Positions 1 through 12,390 of a stretch of DNA of 64,000 nt are shown piece by piece. The DNA comes from Cirrosporium novae-zelandiae (Eukaryota), in contig JAPETS010000007.1 in NCBI GenBank assembly GCA_026023565.1, forward strand, positions 62,001 through 126,000. Reading direction: 5' to 3'. Below the pieces are notes generated by a model, which had not been told where the DNA came from, did no database searches, and saw only the letters and a program-made list of their open reading frames with translations. Numbering within the stretch: position 1 is the first letter of the stretch; every line of letters starts with the position of its first letter. The translations under genes and the position numbers were made by a program.

Positions 1-67
1 GTTATGTGATAGAAACATTTAACCGCGACCCAAACACCTTCCAATGAACCTACTTTTTCTTTTACCA

Positions 68-3000
68 TCATCCTCGGGTTAAGCTGTGCCGTGATTGTCT
101 CCGGACCTGCTCTGCTTTCTTTGATAGAAGAGCATGTACTTTCTTATTGGCAGCCCAATTACTTTGAAGTTTTCTTATCCGCACCGTTGCAATTACCATC
201 ATGCCAACGGCTCGCAGGCTCGGGCGCCTTTCCCGTGTCCTTCTGTCCGGGGTAATGCCCATTTCTTCAAGAATGCGCAAATCTGCCGCATTGCTAACTC
301 ATCAGTTAGTTTTATACTGTAAAATTACAATAAAATAACAATCAAGACTACTTACCAGGCGTTAAACATTTCAATCTGCATTAGAAAGAATTTCTTACTG
401 AACGCTAGGTCCGCACGGAAATTTTCCTCCCTATTGCATTTTGCCCTTAGGTACTGGATTTGTTTCGCCAATCCTTTAATCTCTCCAAGGTGTTTCTTCT
501 CCTTGGCCTCAATTTCTTGCTGAAGTTGCTCCATGTCCTCGGAGCTACGGTTGGCATGAGCGCTGCTAACCGATGTATTCGGGAATCGCACTCGCTGAGT
601 AATAGCCTTGCGTTCCTCCTGCCACATCTGTTGCTGTTGAGCTAGATTGTCTACTGCTTCTTCATAGCGTTGTTGTACTTGACTTAATTCTTCCGTGGCA
701 GCATGCGCCTTTCTTGCATGGTGGCTTCGCTCTTCGCGTACACGTTTAAGCTGTGCCCGCAGTTCTTGTTCACGAGATGCGCAAGCTTGGATATGAGCAT
801 CACGGTCGGCAGCCTGAAGCTGAAGGTCCTCAGCCTCGAGTTTCGCATCTTTGAGCATCTCATGCAGGTCCCTTCTCTCATCAGCCATGATCTTATCACC
901 CTGATCCTGACGAGCCTTATGGAGACCTTTCTCAAGACCTTGCACTCTAGTCCGTAGACGACCAATAGTTTCTTCAGCTTGTGTGTTCTTTGCGAGTAGT
1001 TCCTCTTCTTGCTGTCTAAGATCTGAGATCTCTTGCTCAAGGGATTCCCGGTCTTGTTCTAAAGCATCAATCTTCGTCCGGTTTTCTCGCTCTACTGCTG
1101 ATAGCTTACGCTGGGCCTCCTTTTCTGTACTTTTCATCTTGGACCTGAGTTCTCGCATCTGCTGGTTGACCTCGGATAATTGTCGTCTAGCTTCATCAAT
1201 CTCATCCTTGCGAGCAGATCCCACGGATGATCTGGGTGATTCCATTGCCAATTGAGACATTTGTAGTTCATGGATCTGGCGTTCCATATCAACAACCCGT
1301 TGTTTAAGATTTCGAATGTTATCTTTATAGGCGCCTTCCCGTTGTACATATTCCATTTCTTTCTTTCGAGCATCCTCGAGATCATTTTTGATAATAGAAA
1401 GTTCTACGGTGGCGTCAGCTGTCCTATCGCCATCCTGTAAAAGGGCTTCGAGCTCTTTGGCACGGAGTTCAAGTCGCTGCGATTTGCTCTTGATCATGAC
1501 GAGTTCTCTGTCTCTGCCTTCCGAGAGAACAACCAACTTTTGTCGAAGGTCAACTAATTCTGCCTCGAGATGTGCTTCTTCTTCATTTGCACGTTCCATC
1601 TCCACTTGTAAATCCTTCTCTGCGGCTTCTCCCCGTTCAATGAGAGCCTTTCGCTCTTCCCTTAATCTGGCTACATCACCTTCTAGCCTTAGCTTAGCTT
1701 TTCTCAGGTCCATCTTTTCTTGATCCACCTTAAAGGTTTCATCTACTTGGTCCTCCATCTGGTGAAGCTGGCTCTTAACTTCATCTCTCTCAGCTTCCAT
1801 CTCCCTGAAAGATGTGCGTAAGGATTGAAGATCTGAGTTGGCTTTCCTTAGATCGTCTTGAAGCTTGTGCTTCTCTGCCCGAACTTTCTGTAATCCTACC
1901 TCCGATTCGTGGAGTCGCTCGCTGAACTGTGCTTTTACATGCTCGACCTCTTCATCTAAACTGCTTTCAAGAACCTCTACTTCGTCCTCTAAAGCTTGAA
2001 CTTTCTCTTGCAAAGTACCTTGTGTACGTTTGCTAGCGCGGAGCTCTTCTTTAGTTGCCGAAAGCTCAGAGCGAAGGTCTTCCAGTGCTTGGCGTCGAGC
2101 ATTAACATCGGCTTGAAGTTCTTCGACTTGGTGAGCTGAAACCGCATCCTCTCGCTGATGGCGCTGCTTCTCGCTTTCAAGCGCTTCTGAGAGCTTCATC
2201 TCTTTGCTTGACAACGTGCCTTCCACCTGTCTCAGTTTTTCAATTGTCTGTTTCAAACCAGCTGCTTGCTCTTCGGCCCTTTGTCGTTGAGATTCAAGAT
2301 TTCGACGTTGGCTTTCCCAAAGATCACGGTCAGCTGCTGCCTGATTCTCTTTCTCTTCAATTTGACGCTGAAGAGAATCGATATCCTCGTGCAAGCCCTC
2401 AATTTCCTCTTCAGCTTGCTCTCGTAGCTCCCGATCCTGCTCAAAAGAATGTTGTCTGTCTTTTTCAAGGTTGGCTTCAAATCGTTTGACGAGGCCCTTG
2501 GCACTTTGGAGCTCACGTTGCAAGCTCTGTGATTCGGAGGTTAAAGCGTTATGTCTCATTTGCAATAGGTCCTTTTCTTCTGCTGTTTGCTGGAGATCAC
2601 GTACTGCATTTTCGGCTTGGTGGATAATCGACTGCTGTTCCCTTATGGCAATATCCCGTTCGTGGAGTGCCAGATCAAGTTTATCTTGAATCTGCTGCTC
2701 TCTATCACTCCCTTCTTCTTGAATCTCTTTCATCTGATCCTGCAGTTTCTGAGCCTGACGTGATTTTTCATCGAATTTTTGCTGTAGTTCAACATGCTGC
2801 CTTCGTAGGTCATCAATATCGCCCTCAAGCCTCTTTGTCTTTTCTTCGCGTTGCCTACTGAGGCCCTTGGTCACGATAGACTTATTAGCCATTTCTTCTT
2901 GGAGCTCATTGAGATTATTTTCAGCCCGTTCTCGTTCTTCAATGACGTGGTTGAAGTCGTTTTTCGCCTTTTCCGCTTCTCCTTTAGCTTCTTGAGCTTC

Positions 3001-4257
3001 TAATTTGAGGGCTTCGATATAGGCATTCGCTTTAGACAGCTCTTTAGAAACATTCTCGATGAGTTTAGCGTGCTCGCTTTGCTCGTTAGACTGTTTTTGT
3101 TCTAGATCCCCAATCCGTCGTTTGGCAGAATTGAGCTCGTCCTTAAGTTCAGCTTCTAGCTTGTCCTGCTTAGTATCATTTTCCAAGGCCTCAATCTTGT
3201 CATCCTTTTCTTCAATCTCACGGTCTCTCTCTTGAATATCTGCTTCCAAATCTTGTACCTCATCACGTAGCTTTTCTAGCTCTTGTTTCCCACTCTCTGA
3301 GGCATCCTCAAGTTTCCCCTCTAGCTCCTCTAGCTCCTTGTTCTTCATCTCAACTTCTTTCCGTAACCAATCCAGCTCTTCTCTAAGTGATTCGTCTGCG
3401 TTTTTTCGATTGGATTTCATCTGGGCATTAGCTAGCTCCTGTCGGTAATTCTCGATTTCACGTTCTGCGAGGGCAAGCCGTTTCCTATGGCGATGGAGTT
3501 CCCTCTCGATCATAACTTTACTGACCTTCAGCTCAGTATTCTCTTGAAGAGCTGCCTGATTGAAGCCGGGTCCAGCTTTCTTGAGTGCCGCCTCCAGGTA
3601 ATGGATTTTAAGTTTGAGACCAAAGTTGTCTTTCTCGATTCTGTCAACAATCTATAGCCACAAACATTAATTACGTAGTCAAAAAATCGTGTCAATTGGG
3701 TAGCTCACCTTCTCCTGCTCCTTTAGAGTAAGTTTATTCCTCCCATCATCAAGAGCGCCTTCACCATCCCTCGGTGGTAATTTTGCTAAAGGAGTAGACT
3801 GTGCACTACTGCTGATGACTTGAGGGACAGATGTTCCGTCAAGATCTCCAATCGCCGAACTAGTAGTAGGCTCTTCGTAGGCAACCGAACTGTCGGCAGC
3901 TGGTAAAGCGGGAGTAGCTTGGGCGCTCCGGTAACCAGGTTTCAGTACTGCCGGCGTAACTGGACCCCTTTGACGTGTTTCGCTTCGTAAAAAATTACTC
4001 TTGGTGACACTTTTCATCAACGGTGTAAATTCTGGCCTTCCTCCGGCTGGGAAGTTGCGACGGTCGGTAAAAGGTACGCGAGGAGTCCTGAAACTTGAGC
4101 CTTGGTTTTTTTTCTTCAGGCTTGCGAAGAGATTGTTATCTTTGGAGGGCGATTGGAAGGACTTTTCTGGTGACATGTTGTCGATTTGACGGTCATCAGG
4201 TAAGAAAGTGAAATTTCCATCATCGGTTTGCGGCGTGCTGATATACGCGCCTGCCAT
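68..4257 (-). CDS. pcp1: Pericentrin-like spindle pole body protein (Pcp1/PcpA/Spc110 family); exons 4257-3709, 3651-356, 293-68
   Basis: Splicing at 3708-3652 (GTGAGC..TAG) and 355-294 (GTAAGT..TAG) joins the ORFs. Gives an N-terminal CM1/centrosomin motif (LTLKEQEKIVDRIEKDNFGLKLKIHYLE), about 1000 aa of coiled coil, and a C-terminal PACT domain (IQYLRAKCNREENFRADLAFSKKFF...LRAVGMMVIATVRIRKL). Confidence 0.88.
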
Positions 4258-4605
4258 ATTTACAGATCTTCTTGGTATCGTTGGTTGCACAGGCTGCGTT
4301 TAAGTCGCAATAAATAAGTATTTCAAATCATAAGAATCATACTTATAATCTTAATCGAGAAAGAATCCAAATGGTCGTTGTTCGTGTACTGGGTTCAAAG
4401 ACCGAAATGTAAACAAATAATAGAAATAAGCTAGCCTTAATTTGAGTTAGCGCGCCCAGCCCTAAATGATATCATTGGGTTGTCAAACACTCTCGTGGGG
4501 TACATTTATTCCTCATACAGTTAAAAGTACACCGTAGTATTCTTACCTACCTAGGTAGAGACCTCAACATTTCAAGTGCAAGCCAATTTCTATCGGAAAT
4601 CCACA

Positions 4606-6556
4606 ATGAATGGGTCTCAAATGGAAGCGTCTGAGCTAGGCTCACGTTCTGGTGGATTCGATGGATTCACAAGGCGTTTACCTGATGATTGCATTGAATA
4701 CACGCTATTCGTTCTCAATTCCAAACTTGAGGAAGTTGATACTCGAAACCGGTTACGGGAGATCCAGAGAGCTTCCACAGAGCTTACGAAGAAACAGTTA
4801 AAAGATTATATATGGCAACGTGATAACTTTAACCTTGAACTTGTTCGTGAGGATGGTGAGGTCGGTCACTCGCAAGTTGACGTGAAGAACATGACTAATT
4901 TATGATGGCTTGACAGGCCGCAGCTTCATTCGCGGAAGAACAAACTATGGTGACTGCATTGAGGATGAATGGCTGATTGTCTATCTCCTCCGAGAGCTCA
5001 CGAAGCAGTTTACAGACCTCTGGGTCAAGGCCGTTGACACGGATGGTGAGTTCCTACTCATCGAGGCTGCAAACGCCCTACCCAGATGGCTCAATCCCGA
5101 AATCGCGGATAATAGGGTGTGGCTTCATAGCGGCAATCTATACATCATACCACCAGAGTTTCATGGTTCGAACAGCTCAGCCAGGCCAAGAGCTGCGAAT
5201 ATGACCCTTAAAGAAGCCCTTAAATATATCTCGCAGAAGGAATCCAGTCTGACACATTCTCAAGCAATAGAAGATGAGGCATTATACCGCCTCCGTAACT
5301 ATCCAGGGCAAATAAAAAATAACTCACACCACGCACTAGTCACCGTTCCCAGAAACCTTGCTTATATATTAGCAGAGGATCCCTCCTACATATCTCCGGC
5401 CGTCGGGGCATTCTACTTACGTGACCCAATTGCATTGTCCCCACTTAAATCGGAAAACAGCACAGATATGATTTTTCCCCCGGTAGACCTTGTAACCGTG
5501 AGTATAAAATTCAACAGAGTTGGTTATGCCCAGATTAAGAGCCAGCAACAATTCACGGCTCCACCTATTTGGAACAAGATAGCTTCTACAACACCGTCCG
5601 GAAAAGAGATGGATCGAACCATCACAGGTATGAAAGTCACCAGCGGATTCGAAATGTTAGTCTCAGACCCCCACAATCAAGACAAAAAACCTGTTCGAGA
5701 AATAAAAATGCTATTAGAGGATCTCTCGTCAGGAGACGCCCAACTACCCACAAACTCAGAAATCTCAAAATGGCAAAAGATAGAGGATGACGAGTCCTGG
5801 CTCGACATCAATTTTGAGGACTTTGAACGAGAACTTTCTGGCAAGAACAAAGGCAAGCAGAGCGCCGCAGCTGCCTCCTTTGGGGACAAAACCACACAGG
5901 AAAATCTTAGGAAGATCGTGAGCCGTTTTGAGGATTTTTTGAATGATAATGCCGCGGGTGCGGAAGGGGCTGAATTTCTTGATGATATGGACTACGACAC
6001 TGATGAGGAAGCAGAAGAATCTGATGATGATGGAAATACAAGTGATGGTGAAGACAAAGAAGTCTCATTTGACGAAGAAGAATTCGCTCGAATGATGCGG
6101 GAAATGATGGGTCTACCGAGCGAAGATAGCTCAGCCCAGGAACAAAATCTTCACAAAAACGACAGCGAGGAAATAGCAAGGGTTCAAGAGGTAGATTCGG
6201 ATGATGACATTGATGAAGCAGAAGCAATCCAAGATGTAATGAGAAAGATGGAAGCTGAACTTAACGAGGCGGGGGCATTGGACCTGGACCCAACCCCAAG
6301 AAAAATCGAAGCGACAAAACCGAAAGCTCTCAAAGGAAAAGGAAAAGCTCTAGTGGTTTCCGAAAGAAATCTAGACGAAGATGAAGATGAAAGTGACGAA
6401 GGGGAAATCGACGTGGATTATAACCTGGCGAAGAATCTCCTTGAGAGCTTTAAGAGCCAGGCGGGGACAGCGGGTCCCGGGGGTAACTTGATAAGGATGT
6501 TAGGTCTGAGGCTGCCGAGAGATGAACAGGATGATGATGACGGTCCTTTCAAATGA
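4606..6556 (+). CDS. Ecdysoneless/SGT1-domain protein; exons 4606-4855, 4917-6556
   Basis: Intron GTGAGG..CTAAT..CAG restores the frame (EDG|RS). Motifs YIWQRDNF, GRTNYGDCIEDEWLIVYLLRELT, DTDGEFLLIEAA..LPRWL.PE..NRVW, acidic tract, and C-terminal VDYNLAKNLLESFKSQAGTAGPGGN match the ECD/SGT1 family. Confidence 0.88.
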
Positions 6557-6785
6557 GAATTTTATTTTATGGTTATCTGGAAAGGATAATTGCGTGATAT
6601 TGACACAATACATGGTTGGATATTATCCAATAAATATGAACACAGAAAGGTCTATATCGACATGGCAATAAATTGCTACTATTCACTGTCCAAAGAATTT
6701 ATCTCTCGAGCCACTGGAAATTCCAATTATCTGTACATCCCTTCGTTGAAATAAATAGAACAAAACGCAAAACAGCCAGCCCATT

Positions 6786-7760
6786 CTACTCCTTCTTCAA
6801 CCCTACCTTCCCGACCCCCCTCAACCCCACTATTCCAACCCAACAACTTACTAAGATCGACGCAAAGCACGTCCAATAAGCAGCTCGGTACTCCTTCAAC
6901 AACGCCCTCGGCGCAGTCTTATCGGCAAAATCCGAGTGCGCGGTGATAGAGGTAGAGATTACGGCCATGAAAGCAAGGCCGATGATGGTGCCGAATTGGT
7001 TGATAGTATTAAAGACGGAGCCGGCGAGTGCTTGGGTCGTAGATGAAAATTAGGACGTTATAATTAGGTTAAGGATTATGAAAAGGACTACGTAGGTTAG
7101 TTTGACTAACTTGATGAATATCGAAGGAATAGGATGAGTAAGGGGATAGACGAGAGGGAAAGACAAGGGACCGTATTGCTTATCATCGCCAGCTAAAGGA
7201 GAAAGAAGCATAGCCCAGAATAGTGCGTACCAATAAGACCAGTTCAGATCAATAAGAGCCATCAAAGGGGCCAAATGGTACTGATGAAGGATGCAAGGAG
7301 GGCAATATAGTAGGCGGAAAATCTGTGGGCGATAGAGCCAGTTACGATGCTGATGATGATTCCGGTAATGAAATTGGAAAGAATACGGAGAGATATTTGG
7401 ATTGTCAACAGGAGTTGAACCTTTTGGAAGATTTTATTTTGATGCGTGAGTATATATTTGAATTCTGTTGAGTTTAGAGTGTGGTCCTCGAGTTTGTGAA
7501 ATAGTCGGTGATTGTAAAGCCGCTATTATGTACAATTTGAGAACAGATGAAGTACTTGCAAAAGACTAAAGAAGTATTCGACAGTTTGAACTACAGCCCA
7601 TGCCAGGAAAACTATGATGCAAATAGACGTGAAAGCCTTGGCCTTCCACAGGGAGTTTGGAATCAATACAGGTTTCCCGTGTCGTTCTTGACAATTCATT
7701 CACGTGATAAATGCTGGAATGGTCAGGCTAGATAGAGTGAACAAGGACTGTTTCTTAACT
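6786..7760 (-). pseudogene. Decayed 3' half of an MFS (DHA2/14-TM-like) drug transporter gene
   Basis: Minus-strand fragments read IPAFIT*MNCQERHGKPVLIPNSLWKAKAFTSICIIVFLAW, FQKVQ..QISLRILSNFITG, APLMALIDLNWSYWYALFWAMLLSP, VLFIILNLIITS*FSSTTQALAGSVFNTINQFG..YRAAYWTCFA..GLRGVGKVGLKKE*. Lesions: TGA 7702-7700, frameshift near 7275, donor ATAAGC instead of GTAAGC at 7183, TAA 7052-7050. No recognisable 5' half. Confidence 0.85.
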
Positions 7761-9154
7761 GCAATTATATTGTTTCCCAGCTTCTTGAAAATTTAAATGC
7801 TGCTCAGGAGACAGTTACTGCTGCCCTCACGTATATTATATACCACCTTAGCTACCATGCCGAATAGCAGGGGCTTATTCGGAAAGAGTTGTGTGCACTC
7901 CCTGTCAAGGAAAATGGACATCCTTGCTTTTCTAGTATCAATGCTACACCTATATTGAAAGTTTGTATCAGGGAAGTTTATCACTTCAGCATTGGTTCAA
8001 GTAGTCGTGCAGAGATAATTATACCTGAAAAGTGTGAATACGCAAATATGTATTTACCGAGTAAGGTTGATAATCATTTTCACTCTTTATAGATCATATT
8101 AAATATTTCTGACAGACCGTCCCATCTGCTTTGGCTATCGCTATACACCAAAATCCTGCTTGCTTCTCTTCTCCTGCAAGGTTCGCTCTCGACCAGTGAT
8201 TAAATAAGTCGCCTGACCAACTTCGACGTATAGAGTCTTCTTTCATTTCTTTTGATTATAGCACGTGCATTTGCCTAGGAATGGGCTTTGCGATACTAAA
8301 GATCAAGCTTGTTATTGTATGCTCTCACCTAGAGTGTGCGACAAAAGTAGATAGGATATCCAAAACAACGGAGGAATCAATGAAGCAGTTGGGGACACGG
8401 GATATACTATTAAAGGGGTTAAGATATATGATATGCTGGTAAAGGGATTTGAAACAGTTGCAGATAAATCCCTAGTTTTGTGGTAATTGAGCGAATAAAG
8501 GCTGTCATTTGGCGTAAGATGTCTCTTTGGACATTTGAATATCCTATAAGATCGAACATTCATTTGATAACTGCAATATCAAGGATTTGGTAGCATAGTT
8601 TCTGTCAGTTGACTATTCTTTTCTTCATAGGTTGTTACAGAAGGATTGCAGTACGTCTACATCATGTATATGTACATGTACTACGGCGAGAACAAATACA
8701 GTTAAGCTGGGGTTATTTAAAAGAGATTTCAAAGAAAAGTTAATATGAAATTGGGGCATTAAGAACCAGTGTTTAATTATCTAAGTGATATATTAACCTT
8801 CAGTTTTCAACTTCTTTACGTGATTGGCCCCACCACCTCCTGTCGTAGTTGGTGCTTTTTCGCGTGGCGGGGTTTATCGCCATATCTTCACCGATAGCTA
8901 AACCTCAAAGTGTCATCCTCCTGCAACAACTTTGATATTTCGGGCGATTTTATTACCTAAATAATAACGATTCTCTTTTGGAATAGCTCCATAGCTGAAG
9001 CCTACCAGTCTCTTCAAATTTCATCAACGACTCTTTTCATCAATTTTATATCTCGAAACTACATATCCACCTGTGTGCAGTCATTCTTTTAAAAACCAGC
9101 GGCAAGTATAGGAATACACACTCAGGGCCGTGACCCTAGATTACAACCACCAAA

Positions 9155-9928
9155 ATGCTGAAAATTTGGTCCATGGTAAGCTCACGCTTTGAGTATGGCT
9201 AATCGTGCTTTCGCTGGCCTTTGTCGGAAATCATAGCCTAATATATACCCTAGAAACAACAGCAGGCAGCTGCTGAAAATCAACAAGGCGGAGGGGGAAA
9301 AAAGAAGAAGGTCACTGCTGCTCAGCTACGAGTGCAAAAAGGTTCGACAGGATAGCATCAAGAATTCTGGTTTTATGGCCTTCGTGCTACTTAGTTCTCG
9401 GTGAATTACTGACCAATGTTTTTAGATCTCTCGGAACTTTCGCTCGGCAGTACTATGCGCACAGAATTTCCTAACCCTGACGACATCCTCAATTTTCTTC
9501 TTACCATAGATCCTGACGAGGGCATGTATAAAGGAGGAACGTTCCATTTTGAATTCAAGATCAACCAGAACTTCCCTCATGACCCACCGAAAGTCAAGTG
9601 TACTGAGAAGATATACCATCCGAACATTGATCTGGAAGGGAACGTATGCCTGAATATCCTTAGAGAGGACTGGAAGCCTGTACTGAACTTGAACGCTGTC
9701 ATTGTTGGGTTACAAGTGAGGATTTTTATATTTCTAATGCCAATTCATGCACAGTATGCTAATGGAGACTAGTTCCTGTTTCTGGAACCAAACGCTTCCG
9801 ATCCCCTCAATAAAGAAGCAGCAGAAGACCTTAGATCAACACGAGATGGGTTTAGAAGAAACGTTCGAACTTCTATGGCTGGAGGTAAAGTTAAAGGCCA
9901 GAGCTACACCAGAGTCATACAGCCATGA
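9155..9928 (+). CDS. UBC12: NEDD8-conjugating enzyme Ubc12; exons 9155-9175, 9254-9341, 9426-9715, 9773-9928
   Basis: Spliced product MLKIWSMKQQQ...[20 protein letters not shown]2 active site [38 protein letters not shown]. All three introns are GT-AG. Confidence 0.95.
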
Positions 9929-10420
9929 TTTTTTGACAGATTTCAAGAGTAAGAGGATATATGCGTGCTTGGCATATTATATTATTCAAAGGCATGTGTC
10001 CATGATGATGAAGCGTTCAGAGGGTTATCCATCGGTCAGAAGGGCCACTCGAGGACTTATTTAATGATATTAGGCTCACAAGATATCCTCATCAAGCCTA
10101 TAGCATAATAAATATTTATAGAACGGGGTCGAGGCTTAGTAATGTGGGAAATTGGTACTGATGAAATTATTTACCATACTTATTCATATCTTACAACCGT
10201 AATGTGTCTTCATCAGCACATAATTAATGATACCTTAGTACGTACATGTATGAGTTACTTGGCGGCCGATGATCGGACACACTATAACGCTAGCGCTCAC
10301 AATCCGATCTCAAAATTTCCCCGAGGGCAGAAGACCGCAACTTCCATAAGACTCATCACTACCCTTTTCTCTTCATCGACATATCTACAGTTTCTATTAT
10401 TCTTCATATATCCATTCAAA

Positions 10421-11837
10421 ATGGCCTCAAGAAGCTTTACCAAGGCTCTGCGTAGTCCTATTGTGCGGCAATTGACCTCTACCGCTGTCCAACGACGGAC
10501 CATAGTCTCCGTTGCTGGGGGCCTGAGAGCTGCTGTCAAAGCTACCCCCAGAGTGGCTGTTGTTCCAGCGTGGCAGCAGACTCGAGGAGTTAAGACAATG
10601 GACTTTGCTGGGTCGAAAGAAGTTGTCTACGGTAAAATGACTCGTTATAATTTGATATCACATAAGCTGACCAGAAACACACAGAACGTGAGGACTGGCC
10701 CAGAGAGAAGCTGCTGGTATGACCCATTTTAATATGAGGAACATATTTCATCCTATGACTCAACCATATCATATACAATTAATCTAACATCCGGGCTTGT
10801 TCTAGGACTACTTCAAGAACGACACATTGGCTGTCATTGGCTACGGATCTCAAGGCTATGGTCAAGGTCTTAACCTCCGGGACAATGGACTTAACGTTAT
10901 CGTTGGTGTTCGAAAGGATGGTGGCTCTTGGAAAGAAGCTGTTCAGGATGGATGGATTCCAGGAACGAATCTCTTTGACATCGACGAGGCTATCAATAAG
11001 GGAACTATTATCATGAACTTGCTGAGTGATGCCGCTCAAAGGGAGACATGGCCTGCCATCAAGCCCAAGTTAACCAAGGGAAAGGTATGAGGAAAAGACG
11101 ACTTCCCACATCTATGTCCGATCCCAAACTAATTACCTCAGACTCTCTACTTCTCTCACGGCTTTTCCCCCGTCTTCAAGGACCTCACCCACGTTGAGCC
11201 TCCTAAGGACATTGATGTCATTCTTGTTGCACCAAAGGGTTCCGGTCGTACCGTCCGTTCGCTTTTCCGTGAAGGTCGTGGCATCAATTCTTCTATTGCC
11301 ATCTTCCAGGATGCTACTGGCAACGCCAAGGAGAAGGCTATTGCCATGGGAGTTGCAGTCGGAAGTGGATATCTGTATGAAACTACCTTTGAGAAGGAGG
11401 TCTACTCTGATCTCTACGGTGAGCGTGGATGTCTGATGGGCGGTATTCACGGCATGTTCTTGGCTCAATATGAAGTCCTTCGTGAACGTGGCCACAGTCC
11501 TAGCGAAGCCTTCAACGAAACTGTCGAAGAAGCCACTCAGAGTCTATATCCATTAATTGGTGCTAATGGCATGGATTACATGTACGCCGCTTGCTCCACT
11601 ACTGCCAGAAGAGGAGCTCTCGATTGGATGAACAAGTTCAAGGATACCTTGAAGCCTATCTTCAATGAGCTTTACGACAGCGTCAGGGATGGGACCGAGA
11701 CCCAGAGATCTCTAGACTACAACTCGGCACCAGACTATCGACAAAAGCTGGAGAAGGAACTGAAAGAGATTGACAGCCTTGAAATCTGGAGGGCCGGGAA
11801 GGCCGTTAGGTCTCTACGTCCCGAGAACCAGAAATAG
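10421..11837 (+). CDS. ILV5: Mitochondrial ketol-acid reductoisomerase; exons 10421-10631, 10685-10716, 10806-11084, 11142-11837
   Basis: Arg/Ser-rich presequence; AVIGYGSQGYGQGLNLRDNG Rossmann motif; TLYFSHGF, VAPKGSG, SDLYGERGCLMG, CSTTARRGA; ends RSLRPENQK. Confidence 0.96.
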
Positions 11838-12390
11838 AGGATTTGATTTATCCGATCGATATCTCGACATTTTCTTCGGCTTTTCTTGTGTATATTATTC
11901 ATGAGCTTCAGGTCTACTATGATTGCGGAGTTGAAAAGCGTTGCACTTATTCTCTTGAATACGGGATGTTCCGCCAACGTTGACGTTGATTGAACCTACC
12001 CATATATCACGAGCCTTATTAGGATGACGTTTCTAAAAGTATTTTATTTCCTCGTCTGCAAATTTGTCTTCGTAGACTAATATTTTGGATATCATACACC
12101 AAATATTTATCGGAATATTGCCGAAAGAGGGATTTGTTAAAGCAAGGTCTTAAATCCGTAGTCCCCCCGAATTTGGAGGAACTGGCTAGCACTAGTGGAT
12201 CTTCAACCCACAATACAAGAGCTTGTAAATATCCTTCAATTGATTCGACGAATTAGCAAGGAAGTCACCCTCCACGCTCCGATAACGCAATCTAGAATTT
12301 AATATCTCGTCGCCTTCCGCAATGTATAATGTCGCTATCTAATCTATCAAATCTTTCCCAATTTCTATCAACTGTAAAGTTTCCCAAGCC

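Noticed and set aside
10142..10420. 93-codon upstream in-frame extension of ILV5 in the ORF track
   Set aside because: The ATG at 10421 has good context (CAAAATGG) and starts a typical presequence; the extension reads through promoter-like sequence.
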